A DNA stretch of 64,000 nt from contig NZ_JADEWU010000005.1 of the NCBI RefSeq assembly GCF_015207485.1, positions 52,508 to 116,507 on the forward strand, in the 5' to 3' direction. This document shows, piece by piece, positions 39,397 to 50,643 of the stretch (the first letter of the stretch is position 1; each line of letters starts with the position of its first letter). The notes below the pieces were generated by a model, which made no database searches, was not told where the DNA came from, and saw nothing but the letters and a program-made list of their open reading frames with translations. Source of the stretch: Planktothrix mougeotii LEGE 06226. GTDB taxonomy: Bacteria; Cyanobacteriota; Cyanobacteriia; Cyanobacteriales; Microcoleaceae. A program made the translations under genes and the position numbers.

Positions 39397-40464
39397 TTAT
39401 CGTTGCAGACTCCGAGGATCAAGGGCATCTCTTAACCCATCTCCTAATAAATTAAAAGCTAATACCGTTAAAATAATTAAAATAGCAGGGGGCCAAATTA
39501 ACCAAGGTTGTAACACTAAAATTGAGGCATTTGTTGCCGAAGATAATAAATTTCCCCAAGAGGGATCGGGTTGTTGAATTCCTAAACCCAAAAAGCTTAA
39601 AACTGATTCTGCAATGATGAAACTGGGAATTGATAATGTAGCCGAAATAATGAGATAGGTTGCGGTTTGGGGTAAAATATGACGAGTAATAATATAGAAA
39701 GAATTAGCTCCTATCGCCCGTGAAGCTTGGACAAATTGTTGTTCTTTAATCGATAAAACTTGTCCTCGAATTACTCGTGCTAACCCAGCCCAACTAATAA
39801 AGGAAATAATCACCACAATCAATAAAAAACGCTGGGTACTGGTTATTTGCGGGGGTAATATACCTACTAATGCGACCAATAAATATAACCCAGGAATTAT
39901 CATTAATACTTCAACACTTCGCATAATAAAAGTATCTAACCACCCCCCAAAATAACCAGAAATTCCTCCAAAAATCATTCCTAACGGGAACGAAATTAGA
40001 ATTCCTACTAATCCAATAGTGAGACTAATTCGACCTCCAAAAATAATCCGACTAAATTGATCTCTAGCTTGTTCATCGGTTCCCACTAGGTTAATTTGTC
40101 CGGCTCCAATTGTGCCAAATAAATGTCGATTAAACGGGATAATTCCTAATATTTTATAGGGTTCTCCCTGGACAAAAAATCGGACAGGACTCGGCTGACT
40201 TTTATCAACATTAAGTTGACGAATTCCCGTTTCAATATCCACCGGGCCTTGAGTTGTGGGGTAAACATGGGGGCCAATCCATTCCCCTTGTTGGTTATAC
40301 CAATAAATTTGAGTCGGTGGCAATAATGAAGCGTTCAGTTGCGATTCATAAGGACTATAAGGCGCAACAAAATCTGCTGCAATGACGATCACATAAAATA
40401 ACAATAAAATTCCGGCTCCAAATTGAGCTAAAGGATTAGTTTTAAGTCGTTGCCACCATTTCAT
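39397..40464 (-). CDS. ABC transporter permease, oligopeptide (OppC/DppC-like) family
   Basis: N-terminal TM, a long periplasmic loop, five further TMs, and the EAA-loop region (QASRAIGAN). Confidence 0.8.
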   Translation of the reverse strand: MKWWQRLKTNPLAQFGAGILLLFYVIVIAADFVAPYSPYESQLNASLLPPTQIYWYNQQGEWIGPHVYPTTQGPVDIETGIRQLNVDKSQPSPVRFFVQGEPYKILGIIPFNRHLFGTIGAGQINLVGTDEQARDQFSRIIFGGRISLTIGLVGILISFPLGMIFGGISGYFGGWLDTFIMRSVEVLMIIPGLYLLVALVGILPPQITSTQRFLLIVVIISFISWAGLARVIRGQVLSIKEQQFVQASRAIGANSFYIITRHILPQTATYLIISATLSIPSFIIAESVLSFLGLGIQQPDPSWGNLLSSATNASILVLQPWLIWPPAILIILTVLAFNLLGDGLRDALDPRSLQR

Positions 40465-40529
40465 AGTTCAGATTTTTCACTCAAAGAATTGTTGAAAAAC
40501 GTGTAGAGTTGCGTCTCTATTTTTTTAGT

Positions 40530-41672
40530 TTACACCTTCAAGCGTTCTTGTTCGGCTAGAGATAAAGTTTCCGTTGGCGTTAAGTTAACTTTTGAATCTA
40601 AAGGATTATAAAAGAAGGAACCGGTTTGAGGGGGTAAAGTGGGATCAACAACCACTTCAATAATACTTTTAACCACCCCAGCCATCGGAATCGCCAGAAT
40701 AAATCCTAATAATCCGGCTATTTTTCCTCCTAATAATAAAGCGCTAAAAATAATTACAGGGCTTAATCCGGTTAAATCTCCCATAATTCGAGGGGCAACA
40801 ATATTATCCTTCACTTGTTGAATTGCAATGGCAACCGCTAACACTTGTAAAGCCAGCCACCAATCAATAAAAGCGACAATAATAGTGACAGTTCCAATCC
40901 CTAATGTTGCTCCTACAAATGGAATAATTTCCAATAATCCAATCACAACGGCAAATAACAGGAAATAGGGAACTTTTAACATTAAAAAGGCAACGGTTAA
41001 GGTGGTTGCCATAAATATTCCCTGCAAGGTTTGTCCTAAGACAAATTTTTTCAAATTTCGTTCTAGTGAAAAGGTTAAAACCTCTCGAATTTGGGGGGAT
41101 AAAATAGTGATTAGGAGGTTCCATAACCGTTCCCCATCTAATAACATATAAAAGGCAATGACCAAAATAAAAATTAAGTCAAAAAACCAATTAAAGGTTC
41201 CCAGAACTAAGCCTAAACTTCCGGTCAGGATGGGTTCAATGGTTGATTGAATTCGAGACAACAGTTGCTGTTGTAAAATTCCCACATCAAAGGGTAAATT
41301 TCGTTCAGCACTCCAAACTTGAAATTCCGCTAACTGTTGCCGTCCTGATTCTATTAATTCGGGTAATCGAGTAATTAATTGTCGTCCTTGATTAAAGACA
41401 GGTGGGACAAGAGTTAAGGCAATAATTACAAAGGTTACAATTGCAATTAAATACACTAAAGCGGCGGCAATTCCTCGCGGAATAAAGCGTTCTAATTTTG
41501 CTACGGCGTAGTTCAGAAGAAAGGCAATTAATCCAGAGGTCACTAATATACTGATTAATTCGCCAACATAACCTAAAAATTGAAAGCTTAACCAACTCAC
41601 GACTAAAATCAGTAACCCCGTGAGTAAACGACTTTGTAAAGGCGAAAAAACAGAATTCGTCATGGAACTCAT
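40530..41672 (-). CDS. AI-2E (PerM/YhhT) family transporter
   Basis: About 380 aa with 7-8 TMs and the size and topology of the UPF0118/AI-2E family. Confidence 0.6.
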   Translation of the reverse strand: MSSMTNSVFSPLQSRLLTGLLILVVSWLSFQFLGYVGELISILVTSGLIAFLLNYAVAKLERFIPRGIAAALVYLIAIVTFVIIALTLVPPVFNQGRQLITRLPELIESGRQQLAEFQVWSAERNLPFDVGILQQQLLSRIQSTIEPILTGSLGLVLGTFNWFFDLIFILVIAFYMLLDGERLWNLLITILSPQIREVLTFSLERNLKKFVLGQTLQGIFMATTLTVAFLMLKVPYFLLFAVVIGLLEIIPFVGATLGIGTVTIIVAFIDWWLALQVLAVAIAIQQVKDNIVAPRIMGDLTGLSPVIIFSALLLGGKIAGLLGFILAIPMAGVVKSIIEVVVDPTLPPQTGSFFYNPLDSKVNLTPTETLSLAEQERLKV

Positions 41673-41762
41673 GAAAAATTTAAAATATAAAGTAGTTTAC
41701 CCTATTTTGGGATAGATGACCTGATGGAACATTAAAATCTTATCCTTCAACGATTAAACAGA

Positions 41763-42617
41763 TTAAACCATAACAACCTCCTTGATGGTTTCCTCATGTT
41801 CAACCAGGAAGACATTGGCGTGCAGATTGGCAATAATTTGTTGGCCTTGCTGAGTTAAAGATAAGTACCGTAGACTATCTTTAATATAGGGATAAACTTT
41901 ATGCCAATAAAATTGAGGGTAATTTCTTCGCAACTCTCCGGGATTATGATAGCCTGCTTTTTGATTAAATCCTGTTTCTTCAAACTCATAAAATAAGGCA
42001 CTAATTTTTTGAAGATATCGAGGATCACTTAATTGACCAATTAAATCGGCCGCCCGCACTAAACCGGGATAATGGATTGTATCTTGATGATCGGATTTTT
42101 GAGGAACTGGAAATCGCGTCAGTTCAATATTAGATTGAATCACATTTGACTGAATTAAAGGATGTCCCCCAAATCGTTCTTTAATAAACAATTTAGCCCG
42201 ATCAACATGATAAGGCATTAAACTCGCATCTGTACATCCAAAGGGCAAAAGTACCCTGTTTTCATCACATCCTGTGGCATAATATCCCTCTCGATCTTGG
42301 CGACAAACCCCTTTAACATAACCAATATCATGACAAACTAGAGAGATCATAAAATGCAGCCAATCTTCGCTAGAAACCCCACCTTCACGGATATGTTTTC
42401 CGCGTAAAATTTCCTGACCGACTAATGTAACGATTATGGTATGTTCAACATCATGATAGAGGGCATCGCTATTGGCAATATTTTCTAAAGCCATCCCTCC
42501 AGCCCAAGCGACAATATCCCCATAATGGGCATTAAATCTCCCATAGGTATGATGATATCCTGAGCGAAGTTGTTCAACAAAGTTATCAATTAAAAGTTGA
42601 GTTGCATTGAAAAACAT
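41763..42617 (-). CDS. HD-domain metal-dependent phosphohydrolase-like protein
   Basis: H...HD motifs (LYHDVEHT, LVCHDIGY). Confidence 0.5.
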   Translation of the reverse strand: MFFNATQLLIDNFVEQLRSGYHHTYGRFNAHYGDIVAWAGGMALENIANSDALYHDVEHTIIVTLVGQEILRGKHIREGGVSSEDWLHFMISLVCHDIGYVKGVCRQDREGYYATGCDENRVLLPFGCTDASLMPYHVDRAKLFIKERFGGHPLIQSNVIQSNIELTRFPVPQKSDHQDTIHYPGLVRAADLIGQLSDPRYLQKISALFYEFEETGFNQKAGYHNPGELRRNYPQFYWHKVYPYIKDSLRYLSLTQQGQQIIANLHANVFLVEHEETIKEVVMV

Positions 42618-42815
42618 AGGACATTTCCTGGCACAAATCGAGGTTTTGAGTTACAGAGAAAGCACGGGTCAGCTTTTTCTTCCCTTATTCATTTTTCTAG
42701 CATAATTTATCTGAATCTGCAATTTTTATTAAAAATGTCAATTTTGCCTGATCCTTGGTAGAATTTCTCTAATTGTAAATTAAAGTTGATTTTTAATTGA
42801 ATTGTAAATAAGGGC

Positions 42816-44135
42816 GTGAAAAAACAACCTATGAATTATCGGAAGGTGCTAACTCAACTTGTTGCTAAATTACTAGATTTTTTAACTAAAATTGCCACAA
42901 TTTGTCAATCTAATGGGATTATTTTTGCCTTAACAATGGGGATACTGAGTCGCAGTATTATTCTGTTGACTTTCTTCGCAAGTGCTTTATTTTCTCCCGT
43001 TTCTTCTGCGTGGGGCTGGGGAGTTTTTTCTGCTTGGGATAGTCCCCTCTATCAAATTATTGCGACTTCGGGATATGAAATCATTAACCAGACAGAACCG
43101 GGCGGAAATGTGGCATTTTTTCCCTTATTTCCGTTATTAATTCGAGGATTAATGAATTTAGGCTTACCCTTTGAAGTGGCAGGGGTTTTAATTAATAATT
43201 TTGCTTTTTTTGGGGCTTTAATTTTACTGTATCAATGGGTGGAAATCACCAATAATTCTCAAGCTGCCCGTTGGGCAACAGCTATATTAGCTTGGTGTCC
43301 ATTATCAATTTTTGGCACTGTTATTTATACGGAAGGTTTATTTTTATTCTTGAGTATTGCTGCCTTAAAAGCCTTTGATTTAGAAAAGTATCCTCAAGGG
43401 ATTTTATGGGGGAGTTTAGCAACGGCAACGCGCATTACTGGAATCGCTTTAATTCCAGCTTTTCTAATTACAGCTTGGCAAAAACGAAAACCTGCGATCG
43501 CTTATTTATCGGGTTTATTAAGTGGCTGTGGTTTATTATTTTATAGCCTCTATTGTTGGATAAAATTTAATAATCCCATTGCCTTTATTACCGTTCAACA
43601 CACCCAATGGCAACGCCAAACCGGATTTGATAGTCAAGGATGGTTGAAAATGGTGATGCAAATTTTAATCGGTTCTCAAAATTGGAAAAAAGGTACAATT
43701 GTTGATCCTTGGCATCCACTTTTAGTTATAATTATTGCTATAATCGGTTATTTTATTTGGCGATATCGTGATCAATTAGGGGAGGTAAAATTTGATTATA
43801 GTTTCTGTTTATTACTGTTTATTTTATGGTTAATTGCAGGTGATCCCTTACTCAACACAGCGATTATTTTAGGGGGTGGTTATTTACTCTGGTATTTACG
43901 TTATGAACTCAGTTTAGTCGCAGTTAATTATGGCTTCTGTGCCTTAGGTTTATTATTAGCATCTGGCGGTACAATTTCCCTCAGTCGTTTAGCTTATGGG
44001 ATTGTTTCTGTTAGTTTAGCTTTAGGGGTAATGCTATCCCATCATCGTCGTTGGGGTTATGTCACCTTGGGATTTTTTACCCTGTTACTGATTAGTTTTT
44101 CAGTTCGCTTTGCTCAACATCTTTGGGTAGCTTAA
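42816..44135 (+). CDS. Polytopic membrane protein, putative GT-C-type glycosyltransferase (mannosyltransferase-like)
   Basis: At least 10 TMs with an N-terminal loop resembling GT-C/DUF2029 proteins. Weak. Confidence 0.45.
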   Translation: MKKQPMNYRKVLTQLVAKLLDFLTKIATICQSNGIIFALTMGILSRSIILLTFFASALFSPVSSAWGWGVFSAWDSPLYQIIATSGYEIINQTEPGGNVAFFPLFPLLIRGLMNLGLPFEVAGVLINNFAFFGALILLYQWVEITNNSQAARWATAILAWCPLSIFGTVIYTEGLFLFLSIAALKAFDLEKYPQGILWGSLATATRITGIALIPAFLITAWQKRKPAIAYLSGLLSGCGLLFYSLYCWIKFNNPIAFITVQHTQWQRQTGFDSQGWLKMVMQILIGSQNWKKGTIVDPWHPLLVIIIAIIGYFIWRYRDQLGEVKFDYSFCLLLFILWLIAGDPLLNTAIILGGGYLLWYLRYELSLVAVNYGFCALGLLLASGGTISLSRLAYGIVSVSLALGVMLSHHRRWGYVTLGFFTLLLISFSVRFAQHLWVA

Positions 44136-44173
44136 GGGTTTATGCCATGAAACAATAATGATATAATATCAAT

Positions 44174-44941
44174 TTGAGCAGATTACAATGGAAAAAGATG
44201 ATCAGCACCCAAAATCAACAAAAAAGTCCATTTCTTGTCCGTTTATTCCTAACGTCTACAGTATTAACTTTAACATCAGCCCTTAATATTATTCCTCCCG
44301 TCCTCGCACAACGAGAAATAGATTTTGCGACTCAAGGTTGTCGCGGTGTTCCCCAGGAAGCATATTTTATGACAGAGAATTATCACATTAATATTTGTCA
44401 AGGACAATCGGGTTTATTCATGGCGGTCAGTTATCGTAATGGACAACTGTTTGATCGCTTTTCTGTGCAACAACAGCGAGACGGTTATGCGGGAAATTCT
44501 CAAAAAGCATCCTATCAAGTGAACTCCAGAAGCTTCACAATTCAACCGAATAATAATCAAAGACCAATTACAGAACGGGTACTCAGAACCCAAGGAAATC
44601 AACGACCCCAAGAATCAAAAGTAACTGGAACAATTACTTACCGTCAACGCATTGCATTACCTCCAAATTCAACTGTTGTTGTTACATTACAAGATACAAC
44701 CAGTCCAAATCGTGCACCTCGAAATATTGCTCAACAAACCATTCCGTTACGGGGTCAACAGGTTCCGGTTCCCTTTTCTTTGATTTATAATCCCGCCCAA
44801 ATTCAACAGAATGGGATTTATAGAATTCGGGCAGAAATTTATGTTAATGGTCGATTAACTTGGGCAAATATGGGGCAAGATCGGGTAATTACGAGAGGGT
44901 ATCCTAATAATATTGAAGTGATTGTACAACCGCTTAATTAG
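44174..44941 (+). CDS. Secreted YbaY/YscW-like protein
   Basis: Signal peptide, and a C-terminal block TGTITYRQRIALPPNSTVVVTLQD...GQQVPVPFSLIYNPAQI...YRIRAEIYVNGRLTW that matches the YbaY family pattern. Confidence 0.6.
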   Translation: MSRLQWKKMISTQNQQKSPFLVRLFLTSTVLTLTSALNIIPPVLAQREIDFATQGCRGVPQEAYFMTENYHINICQGQSGLFMAVSYRNGQLFDRFSVQQQRDGYAGNSQKASYQVNSRSFTIQPNNNQRPITERVLRTQGNQRPQESKVTGTITYRQRIALPPNSTVVVTLQDTTSPNRAPRNIAQQTIPLRGQQVPVPFSLIYNPAQIQQNGIYRIRAEIYVNGRLTWANMGQDRVITRGYPNNIEVIVQPLN

Positions 44942-44956
44942 ATGATTTAGGGTGTT

Positions 44957-45712
44957 ATGACGAAGTATATTCTCCTGAATTTTGATGTAGAAGAATTTGA
45001 TGCTCCCCTGAAATATGGGGAGAAAATTAAACCTTCTGTCCAGTTTGATATTTCTTTAATGGGATTAAGAAATATCCTATCTTTACTCGAACATTTACAC
45101 ATTAGGGCTACCTTTTTTGTCACGGCTAATTTTGCATTGAATCATCCTGAATTAATAGAAGCGATCGCGAGAACCCATGAAATCGCTTCTCACGGTTTTT
45201 ATCATTCTAAATTTTCCCCGGAAGATTTGTGGAAATCTAAACAAGTGTTAGAAGAAATTTCGGGACAAACGGTTTCTGGGTTCCGTATGGGAGAACAGCA
45301 AATCATTAATGAACAAGCGATTTTAGCATCAGGATATCAATACCATTCTTCCTTCAATTCGAATTATTATCAGGGTAAACGTCGCACAGTTCATTATTGT
45401 GATCATTTACTCAATCTTCCCCTCTCTGTAACACCCTTTGTCCCCTTTCCCCTCTTTGGGTTAAGTTTCAAAAACCTTCCCTTTCCGTTAATTCAGTTTG
45501 CTTCTAAAATGACTCTTGATAGCGATCGCTATCTTAATCTCAATTTTCATCCTTGGGAATTTACGGATATTTCTAAATTTAAACTTCCGAATTCTATGAA
45601 GCGTTTATCAGGAATTCATTTATTAAATCGACTAGAAAAGTATTTAATTTGGTTAAAAAAGCAAGCCGAATTTTCAACAATTTCCGACTGGATGAACAAA
45701 ATTAAACCCTAA
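44957..45712 (+). CDS. Polysaccharide deacetylase (NodB-homology)-like protein
   Basis: LLNFDVEEFD and ASHGFYH motifs. Confidence 0.6.
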   Translation: MTKYILLNFDVEEFDAPLKYGEKIKPSVQFDISLMGLRNILSLLEHLHIRATFFVTANFALNHPELIEAIARTHEIASHGFYHSKFSPEDLWKSKQVLEEISGQTVSGFRMGEQQIINEQAILASGYQYHSSFNSNYYQGKRRTVHYCDHLLNLPLSVTPFVPFPLFGLSFKNLPFPLIQFASKMTLDSDRYLNLNFHPWEFTDISKFKLPNSMKRLSGIHLLNRLEKYLIWLKKQAEFSTISDWMNKIKP

Positions 45713-45716
45713 TAAT

Positions 45717-47120
45717 ATGAATATTTCCTTTAAAATAATTAAAATTCATTCAGTCATAACAGCAATTATTATTAGTAGTTTTATTTTATTTATTTCTAGC
45801 AGTTTACGTCATGCTTTATTTCAATCTAATGCTTATGATTTAGGAATTTTTGATAATGGTATTTATTTAATCAGCCAAGGAAAAGAACCCTTTGTATCTT
45901 TTCGAGGATTACATATTTTAGGAGATCATGCCGCTTATATTCTGTATATTATTGCCTTATTTTATAAAATTTATCCTGATGTTCATTGGTTATTTGCGAT
46001 TCAAGCTTTTTCCCTGTCCTTGGGTGCGTTACCGACTTATCAGCTATCGTTACAAGCGGGTTTAAAGGAAACCCAAGCTCAAACCTTAGCTTTTGTGTAT
46101 TTATTATATCCATTAATTTTTAATGTTAATTTATTTGATTTTCACCCCGAAGTCATCGCTTTACCTGCAATTTTATATGCCGTTTTATTTGCTAGAAGCA
46201 ATAATATTTTAGGATTTATTTTCACAATTTTTATTATTTTAGGTTGCAAAGAAGTTTTATCTGTATTATTAATCGCAATGGGAATTTGGCTATTAATATT
46301 TGAGAAAAAATGGCGTTATGCTATGCTCTCAATAATTTTAGGACTCTTGTGGTTTTTCATCTCTACAGAATTCATTATCCCCCACTTTTCCCAAGCACCC
46401 CCCATCGCCGTTGGAGTTTATAGTTTTCTCGGTAATTCTCTCTCTGAAATTACCTTAAATATTCTATTAAAACCGGGATTAGTATTAAGTAAAATTTTAA
46501 CCTTAGCCAATTTAGAATACTTAATTTTGCTTCTAATTCCCCTAATTTGGGGCTTATGGGGGCGACATTTAACCCCCCTAATTTCTGCCACCCCGATTTT
46601 ATTTTTAAATCTGTTAGCGGAAAATCCACAAATGAAGAATTTAACGCAACAATATTCCTTAGCGATTTTACCCTTTCTGATGTTAGCAGTTATTGAAAAT
46701 TTAGCCAACGGTGAAGGATGGTTTAAACATCGAAAATGGATAATTTTATGGTCTTTAATTGCATTTTTTGCTTTAGCAAAATATGGTTATTTTACCTCTA
46801 AATATTTAACAACCCTGGATAATTGGCAAGCAACACGGGAAGCCCTCAGCTATATTAAAACTCAGGATAATGTCTTAACAACGGATAAAATCGCCCCCCA
46901 TCTCACCCATCGTCCTCGCCTAGAGTTAGCCATTGAAGGACGAGAAACACTCGATTTAGAACCCTTTCAATATGTCTTATTAAACCAACGTCACCCCGGA
47001 TGGCCGAGTTCTCCTGAATTAATCATCGGATTAGTAAAACGTTTACAAAATCATCCTCATTTTCAATTAAAATATTATCGAGATGGTGTTTGGTTGTTTA
47101 AACAATCTAATAGGAAATAA
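45717..47120 (+). CDS. Polytopic membrane protein (DUF2079-like), probably envelope glycan-related
   Basis: About 12 TMs. Co-located with the deacetylase and GT-C-like genes. Confidence 0.5.
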   Translation: MNISFKIIKIHSVITAIIISSFILFISSSLRHALFQSNAYDLGIFDNGIYLISQGKEPFVSFRGLHILGDHAAYILYIIALFYKIYPDVHWLFAIQAFSLSLGALPTYQLSLQAGLKETQAQTLAFVYLLYPLIFNVNLFDFHPEVIALPAILYAVLFARSNNILGFIFTIFIILGCKEVLSVLLIAMGIWLLIFEKKWRYAMLSIILGLLWFFISTEFIIPHFSQAPPIAVGVYSFLGNSLSEITLNILLKPGLVLSKILTLANLEYLILLLIPLIWGLWGRHLTPLISATPILFLNLLAENPQMKNLTQQYSLAILPFLMLAVIENLANGEGWFKHRKWIILWSLIAFFALAKYGYFTSKYLTTLDNWQATREALSYIKTQDNVLTTDKIAPHLTHRPRLELAIEGRETLDLEPFQYVLLNQRHPGWPSSPELIIGLVKRLQNHPHFQLKYYRDGVWLFKQSNRK

Positions 47121-47192
47121 ATAAAAATTTCTGTAGGGTGATTGGAATTAATTTTTCCTTTAAATTAAACCTTTGGCTACAAATCCCCCCCC

Positions 47193-47222
47193 TGTAGAGA
47201 CGTTGCATGCAACGTCTCTACA
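47193..47222. terminator. Palindromic element TGTAGAGACGTTGCATGCAACGTCTCTACA between convergent genes
   Basis: Same stem family with a GCATGC loop. Confidence 0.6.
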
Positions 47223-47252
47223 GGGTTAGGCGGGATCATCTGTAATGGGATT

Positions 47253-47711
47253 TCATATTAATAGCGACCACAGATGGTGGCTTTCAAAAATTAAAGCCAC
47301 TGCCCAAATTAAAATACTGATGCCAACAGCAGCAGCAGAAATGTCTTTGATAGCGCGAATTTTCTCATCATACTGTTGTTCCAAAAAATCACATAAACCT
47401 TCAATGGCACTATTGAATAATTCAGCGATTAACATTAGCCCCGTCACTAAAAAAATAAATATGAGATCCGGCCATTGGCTAAAAATCACAGCAATCACTA
47501 AGACGACGACAGATAAAATGACTTTGTAAGCAACACTAAACTCCGTTGCGATCGCAATCTGAAGACCTGCTAAGATTACTTTGAGCTTGCGAATCGGATG
47601 ATAACCAGATTTGCGGTATTTGCTTGCCATAAATTTTATCTGTAGCGCCCCTTTAAAGATTTCATCTTCAATTTTCTCAGAATTTTCACAGAAAATGTTA
47701 TCATTAATCAT
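47253..47711 (-). CDS. dgkA: Diacylglycerol kinase (prokaryotic DgkA family); the start may be internal
   Basis: ELFNSAIE...AIKDISAAAV motifs and 3 TMs. Confidence 0.75.
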   Translation of the reverse strand: MINDNIFCENSEKIEDEIFKGALQIKFMASKYRKSGYHPIRKLKVILAGLQIAIATEFSVAYKVILSVVVLVIAVIFSQWPDLIFIFLVTGLMLIAELFNSAIEGLCDFLEQQYDEKIRAIKDISAAAVGISILIWAVALIFESHHLWSLLI

Positions 47712-47750
47712 TAAGGGCGAGTGTTCCCGCCCCTATATTCTCGCTTCTAA

Positions 47751-49037
47751 TTATTTAGATTGAGCTTGGGTTCCTTGTTTTGTTTTAGCAATTTCGCCCT
47801 TGAGAATTTCTAACCCTTTAACATATTGAGGATCAGCCGTTGTTCCTACTTTTGTTCGATCTTTTCTTAACTCATCTCGTTGGGCTTCGGTGAGTTCAAC
47901 TTTAATATCCGGTTGAATGCCTTCATGGTTAATATCTCGACCACTGGGAGTAAAATATTTCGCAATGGTTACGGCTAAACCCGAACCATTTCCCACCCCT
48001 CGGACAGATTGAACTAACCCTTTCCCAAAGGTTTTTGTTCCCACTAAAACCGCCCGTTTGTTATCTTGTAATGCACCGGATAAAATTTCACTGGCGCTGG
48101 CTGAACCCCCATCTACTAAAACCACTAAAGGTTTATTGGTTAACGCCCGATTATTGGCTTTTTGACGGTCTGTTTCCCCTTGACGATCAACCGTAGAAAC
48201 AATATCGCCTTGATTTAACCACATTCGAGCAATTTCAATACTAGAATACAGTAATCCCCCCGGATTAGACCGTAAATCAAGGATATAACCTGCCACATTT
48301 TGTTTCTCTAAATCATTAATGGCTTCGCGCATTTCTTCAGACGCATTCGCGCTAAAAGTATTTAAGCGAATATAACCAATTTCTCCCGCCGAACTTGTAT
48401 TTTTAGACGCACGAACCGGATGAATTTCAATGCGATCGCGAGTAATATTAAAATCTAAAGGTTTATCTCCCCGTAATATTTTAATATTAACTTTTGTTCC
48501 CACTGGCCCGCGAATTAAACTCACCGCTTCATTAATATCCATTCCCTCGGTGCTGCGACCATCAATTTCACTAATAATATCTTGGGCTTGAACTCCGGCG
48601 GTAAATGCTGGAGAACCTTCAATGGGAGAAATCACCACTAATTTTTTCGTTTCTTCATCTTGGGTTAATTGAATCCCGACCCCGGTTAATTCCCCAGACG
48701 TATCAATTTGCATATTTTTGAATTCTTCGGGGTTCATGAAGCGCGTGTAGGGGTCATCGAGCTTCTTCAACATTTCCCGAATAGCGGTGTAGGCTTGTTC
48801 GTCGCTGGTGTAGTTGCGGTTTAAATATTCAGTGCGAACAGCCGTCCAGTCCACTTGATTAAAGGTTCCATCCACATAACTTTTATGGATCACCTGCCAA
48901 ACTTCGTCAATCAACTCCTTGGGACTTTCCCGAAAGGATGCTTGACTCGAAAGATGAATTCCCGCCCCTGCAACCGCCACAGCCGTTAACATCACTGCCG
49001 TTGCACCAAGAACAAGCCCACTTCTTGAAATAACCAT
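47751..49037 (-). CDS. ctpA: Carboxyl-terminal processing protease (S41), CtpA-like
   Basis: PDZ domain, then VVLVDGGSASASEILSGALQD..KTFGKG. Confidence 0.9.
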   Translation of the reverse strand: MVISRSGLVLGATAVMLTAVAVAGAGIHLSSQASFRESPKELIDEVWQVIHKSYVDGTFNQVDWTAVRTEYLNRNYTSDEQAYTAIREMLKKLDDPYTRFMNPEEFKNMQIDTSGELTGVGIQLTQDEETKKLVVISPIEGSPAFTAGVQAQDIISEIDGRSTEGMDINEAVSLIRGPVGTKVNIKILRGDKPLDFNITRDRIEIHPVRASKNTSSAGEIGYIRLNTFSANASEEMREAINDLEKQNVAGYILDLRSNPGGLLYSSIEIARMWLNQGDIVSTVDRQGETDRQKANNRALTNKPLVVLVDGGSASASEILSGALQDNKRAVLVGTKTFGKGLVQSVRGVGNGSGLAVTIAKYFTPSGRDINHEGIQPDIKVELTEAQRDELRKDRTKVGTTADPQYVKGLEILKGEIAKTKQGTQAQSK

Positions 49038-49162
49038 CTGTTTGCTGAACCAGAAAATATAAATTTCAATATCAATACGCCCAATGTAGCACAGGTTTCA
49101 GTTGACTGTTGACCTTTATAGCGCGTAGAGCTAGGGAACTGTGAACTGGGAACAGGATTTAG

Positions 49163-49260
49163 TAGAGACGTGCCATGGCGCGTCTCTACATGAATTAAAT
49201 TGTCTCTACATGAATTAAATTGTCTCTACATGAATTAAATTGTCTCTACATGAATTAAAT
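49163..49260. repeat. Palindromic element (GTAGAGACGTGCCATGGCGCGTCTCTAC) whose right half is amplified as 4 tandem 20-bp units (TGTCTCTACATGAATTAAAT)
   Basis: Direct reading. Tandem copies lie at 49181, 49201, 49221 and 49241, abutting the ispG stop. Confidence 0.9.
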
Positions 49261-50480
49261 TAAGGATCAACCCAACGGCCATCCGCTTTAATTAAGTTAA
49301 TTAATTCTTCTACCCCTTGAGTTTCAGGGACTTTTTTAATTTCTTCTCGACCGCGATAAAGAGAAATAAAGCCCGGTTGTTTACCAACATAACCATAGTC
49401 TGCATCCGCCATTTCTCCGGGGCCATTCACAATACATCCCATCACCGCAATATCTAAACCCGTTAAATGTTTTGTGGCTTCACGGACTTGATGTAAGACT
49501 TCTTCTAAGTTAAATAAAGTCCGACCGCAGGACGGACAAGCGACATATTCCACCATCGTTTTCCGCAGTCCTAAAGCTTGCAGAATACTATAACAAACGG
49601 GAATTTCTTTTTCAGGCGCTTCGGTTAAAGAAACTCGAATCGTATCCCCAATTCCCCCGGCTAATAACGTACCAATTCCAGCCGTTGATTTAATCCGACC
49701 ATATTCTCCATCTCCGGCTTCTGTCACCCCTAAATGTAAGGGATAATCCATGCCTAATTCATCCATCCGTTTGACCATTAAACGGTTCGCTGCTACCATC
49801 ACCGGAACCCGTGATGCTTTGAGGGAAATCACAATATTTTGAAAATCCAAAGATTCACAAATTTTAATAAATTCTAACGCCGATTCTACCATGCCTTCTG
49901 GAGTATCGCCATAGGTAAATAACATTCTTTCGGCTAAAGAACCATGATTTACGCCAATTCGCAGGGCTTTTCCTTGATCACGCAAAGAAACCACTAAAGG
50001 TTCTAAGGTTTGCCTAATTTTATCGCCAATTTCATCAAATTCAGATTGAGTATATTCGGTGCGATCGCTTTTAGGTTTTTCAAATACATATAACCCTGGA
50101 TTAATCCGCACTTTATCCACATATTTTGCCACTTCCAGGGCGATTTTCATGCCATTATGATGAACATCCGCCACTAACGGAACAGGTTGATAAGTTTCGG
50201 CTAATTTCTGTTTAATTTTACCAACAGCCGTCGCATGACCCACACTGGGAACTGTCACCCGCACAATTTCACACCCGATTTCATGTAAACGACGTACCGC
50301 AGCCGTCGCCCCATCAATATCCATCGTATCTTCATTAATCATCGATTGGACAACAACCGGATGACCCCCCCCAATGGTAACAGTTCCCACCTGGACAGGG
50401 CGAGTCTTGCGGCGGTGAATCATCGTATCCACCGGAGTTTGATCGGATGTCGGTTGAGTTGGAACAGGTAAAGTTTGCAT
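49260..50480 (-). CDS. ispG: 4-hydroxy-3-methylbut-2-en-1-yl diphosphate synthase (GcpE)
   Basis: TIM-barrel N-domain and a C-terminal 4Fe-4S CPSCGRT motif. Confidence 0.95.
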   Translation of the reverse strand: MQTLPVPTQPTSDQTPVDTMIHRRKTRPVQVGTVTIGGGHPVVVQSMINEDTMDIDGATAAVRRLHEIGCEIVRVTVPSVGHATAVGKIKQKLAETYQPVPLVADVHHNGMKIALEVAKYVDKVRINPGLYVFEKPKSDRTEYTQSEFDEIGDKIRQTLEPLVVSLRDQGKALRIGVNHGSLAERMLFTYGDTPEGMVESALEFIKICESLDFQNIVISLKASRVPVMVAANRLMVKRMDELGMDYPLHLGVTEAGDGEYGRIKSTAGIGTLLAGGIGDTIRVSLTEAPEKEIPVCYSILQALGLRKTMVEYVACPSCGRTLFNLEEVLHQVREATKHLTGLDIAVMGCIVNGPGEMADADYGYVGKQPGFISLYRGREEIKKVPETQGVEELINLIKADGRWVDP

Positions 50481-50643
50481 AGTTAATAATAGATTGATCT
50501 CAATCAGCGATCAGAATAGTGTCTCCTATTAACTAATAGATTGCCATAAAAGGGGCATTTATGGAATTCCCATTGCGGATCATCAAGTCGCTTAGGCAGC
50601 AAAGGCGGAATTTCTTCTACAATTTAAACTAGGCTTAACTTAA

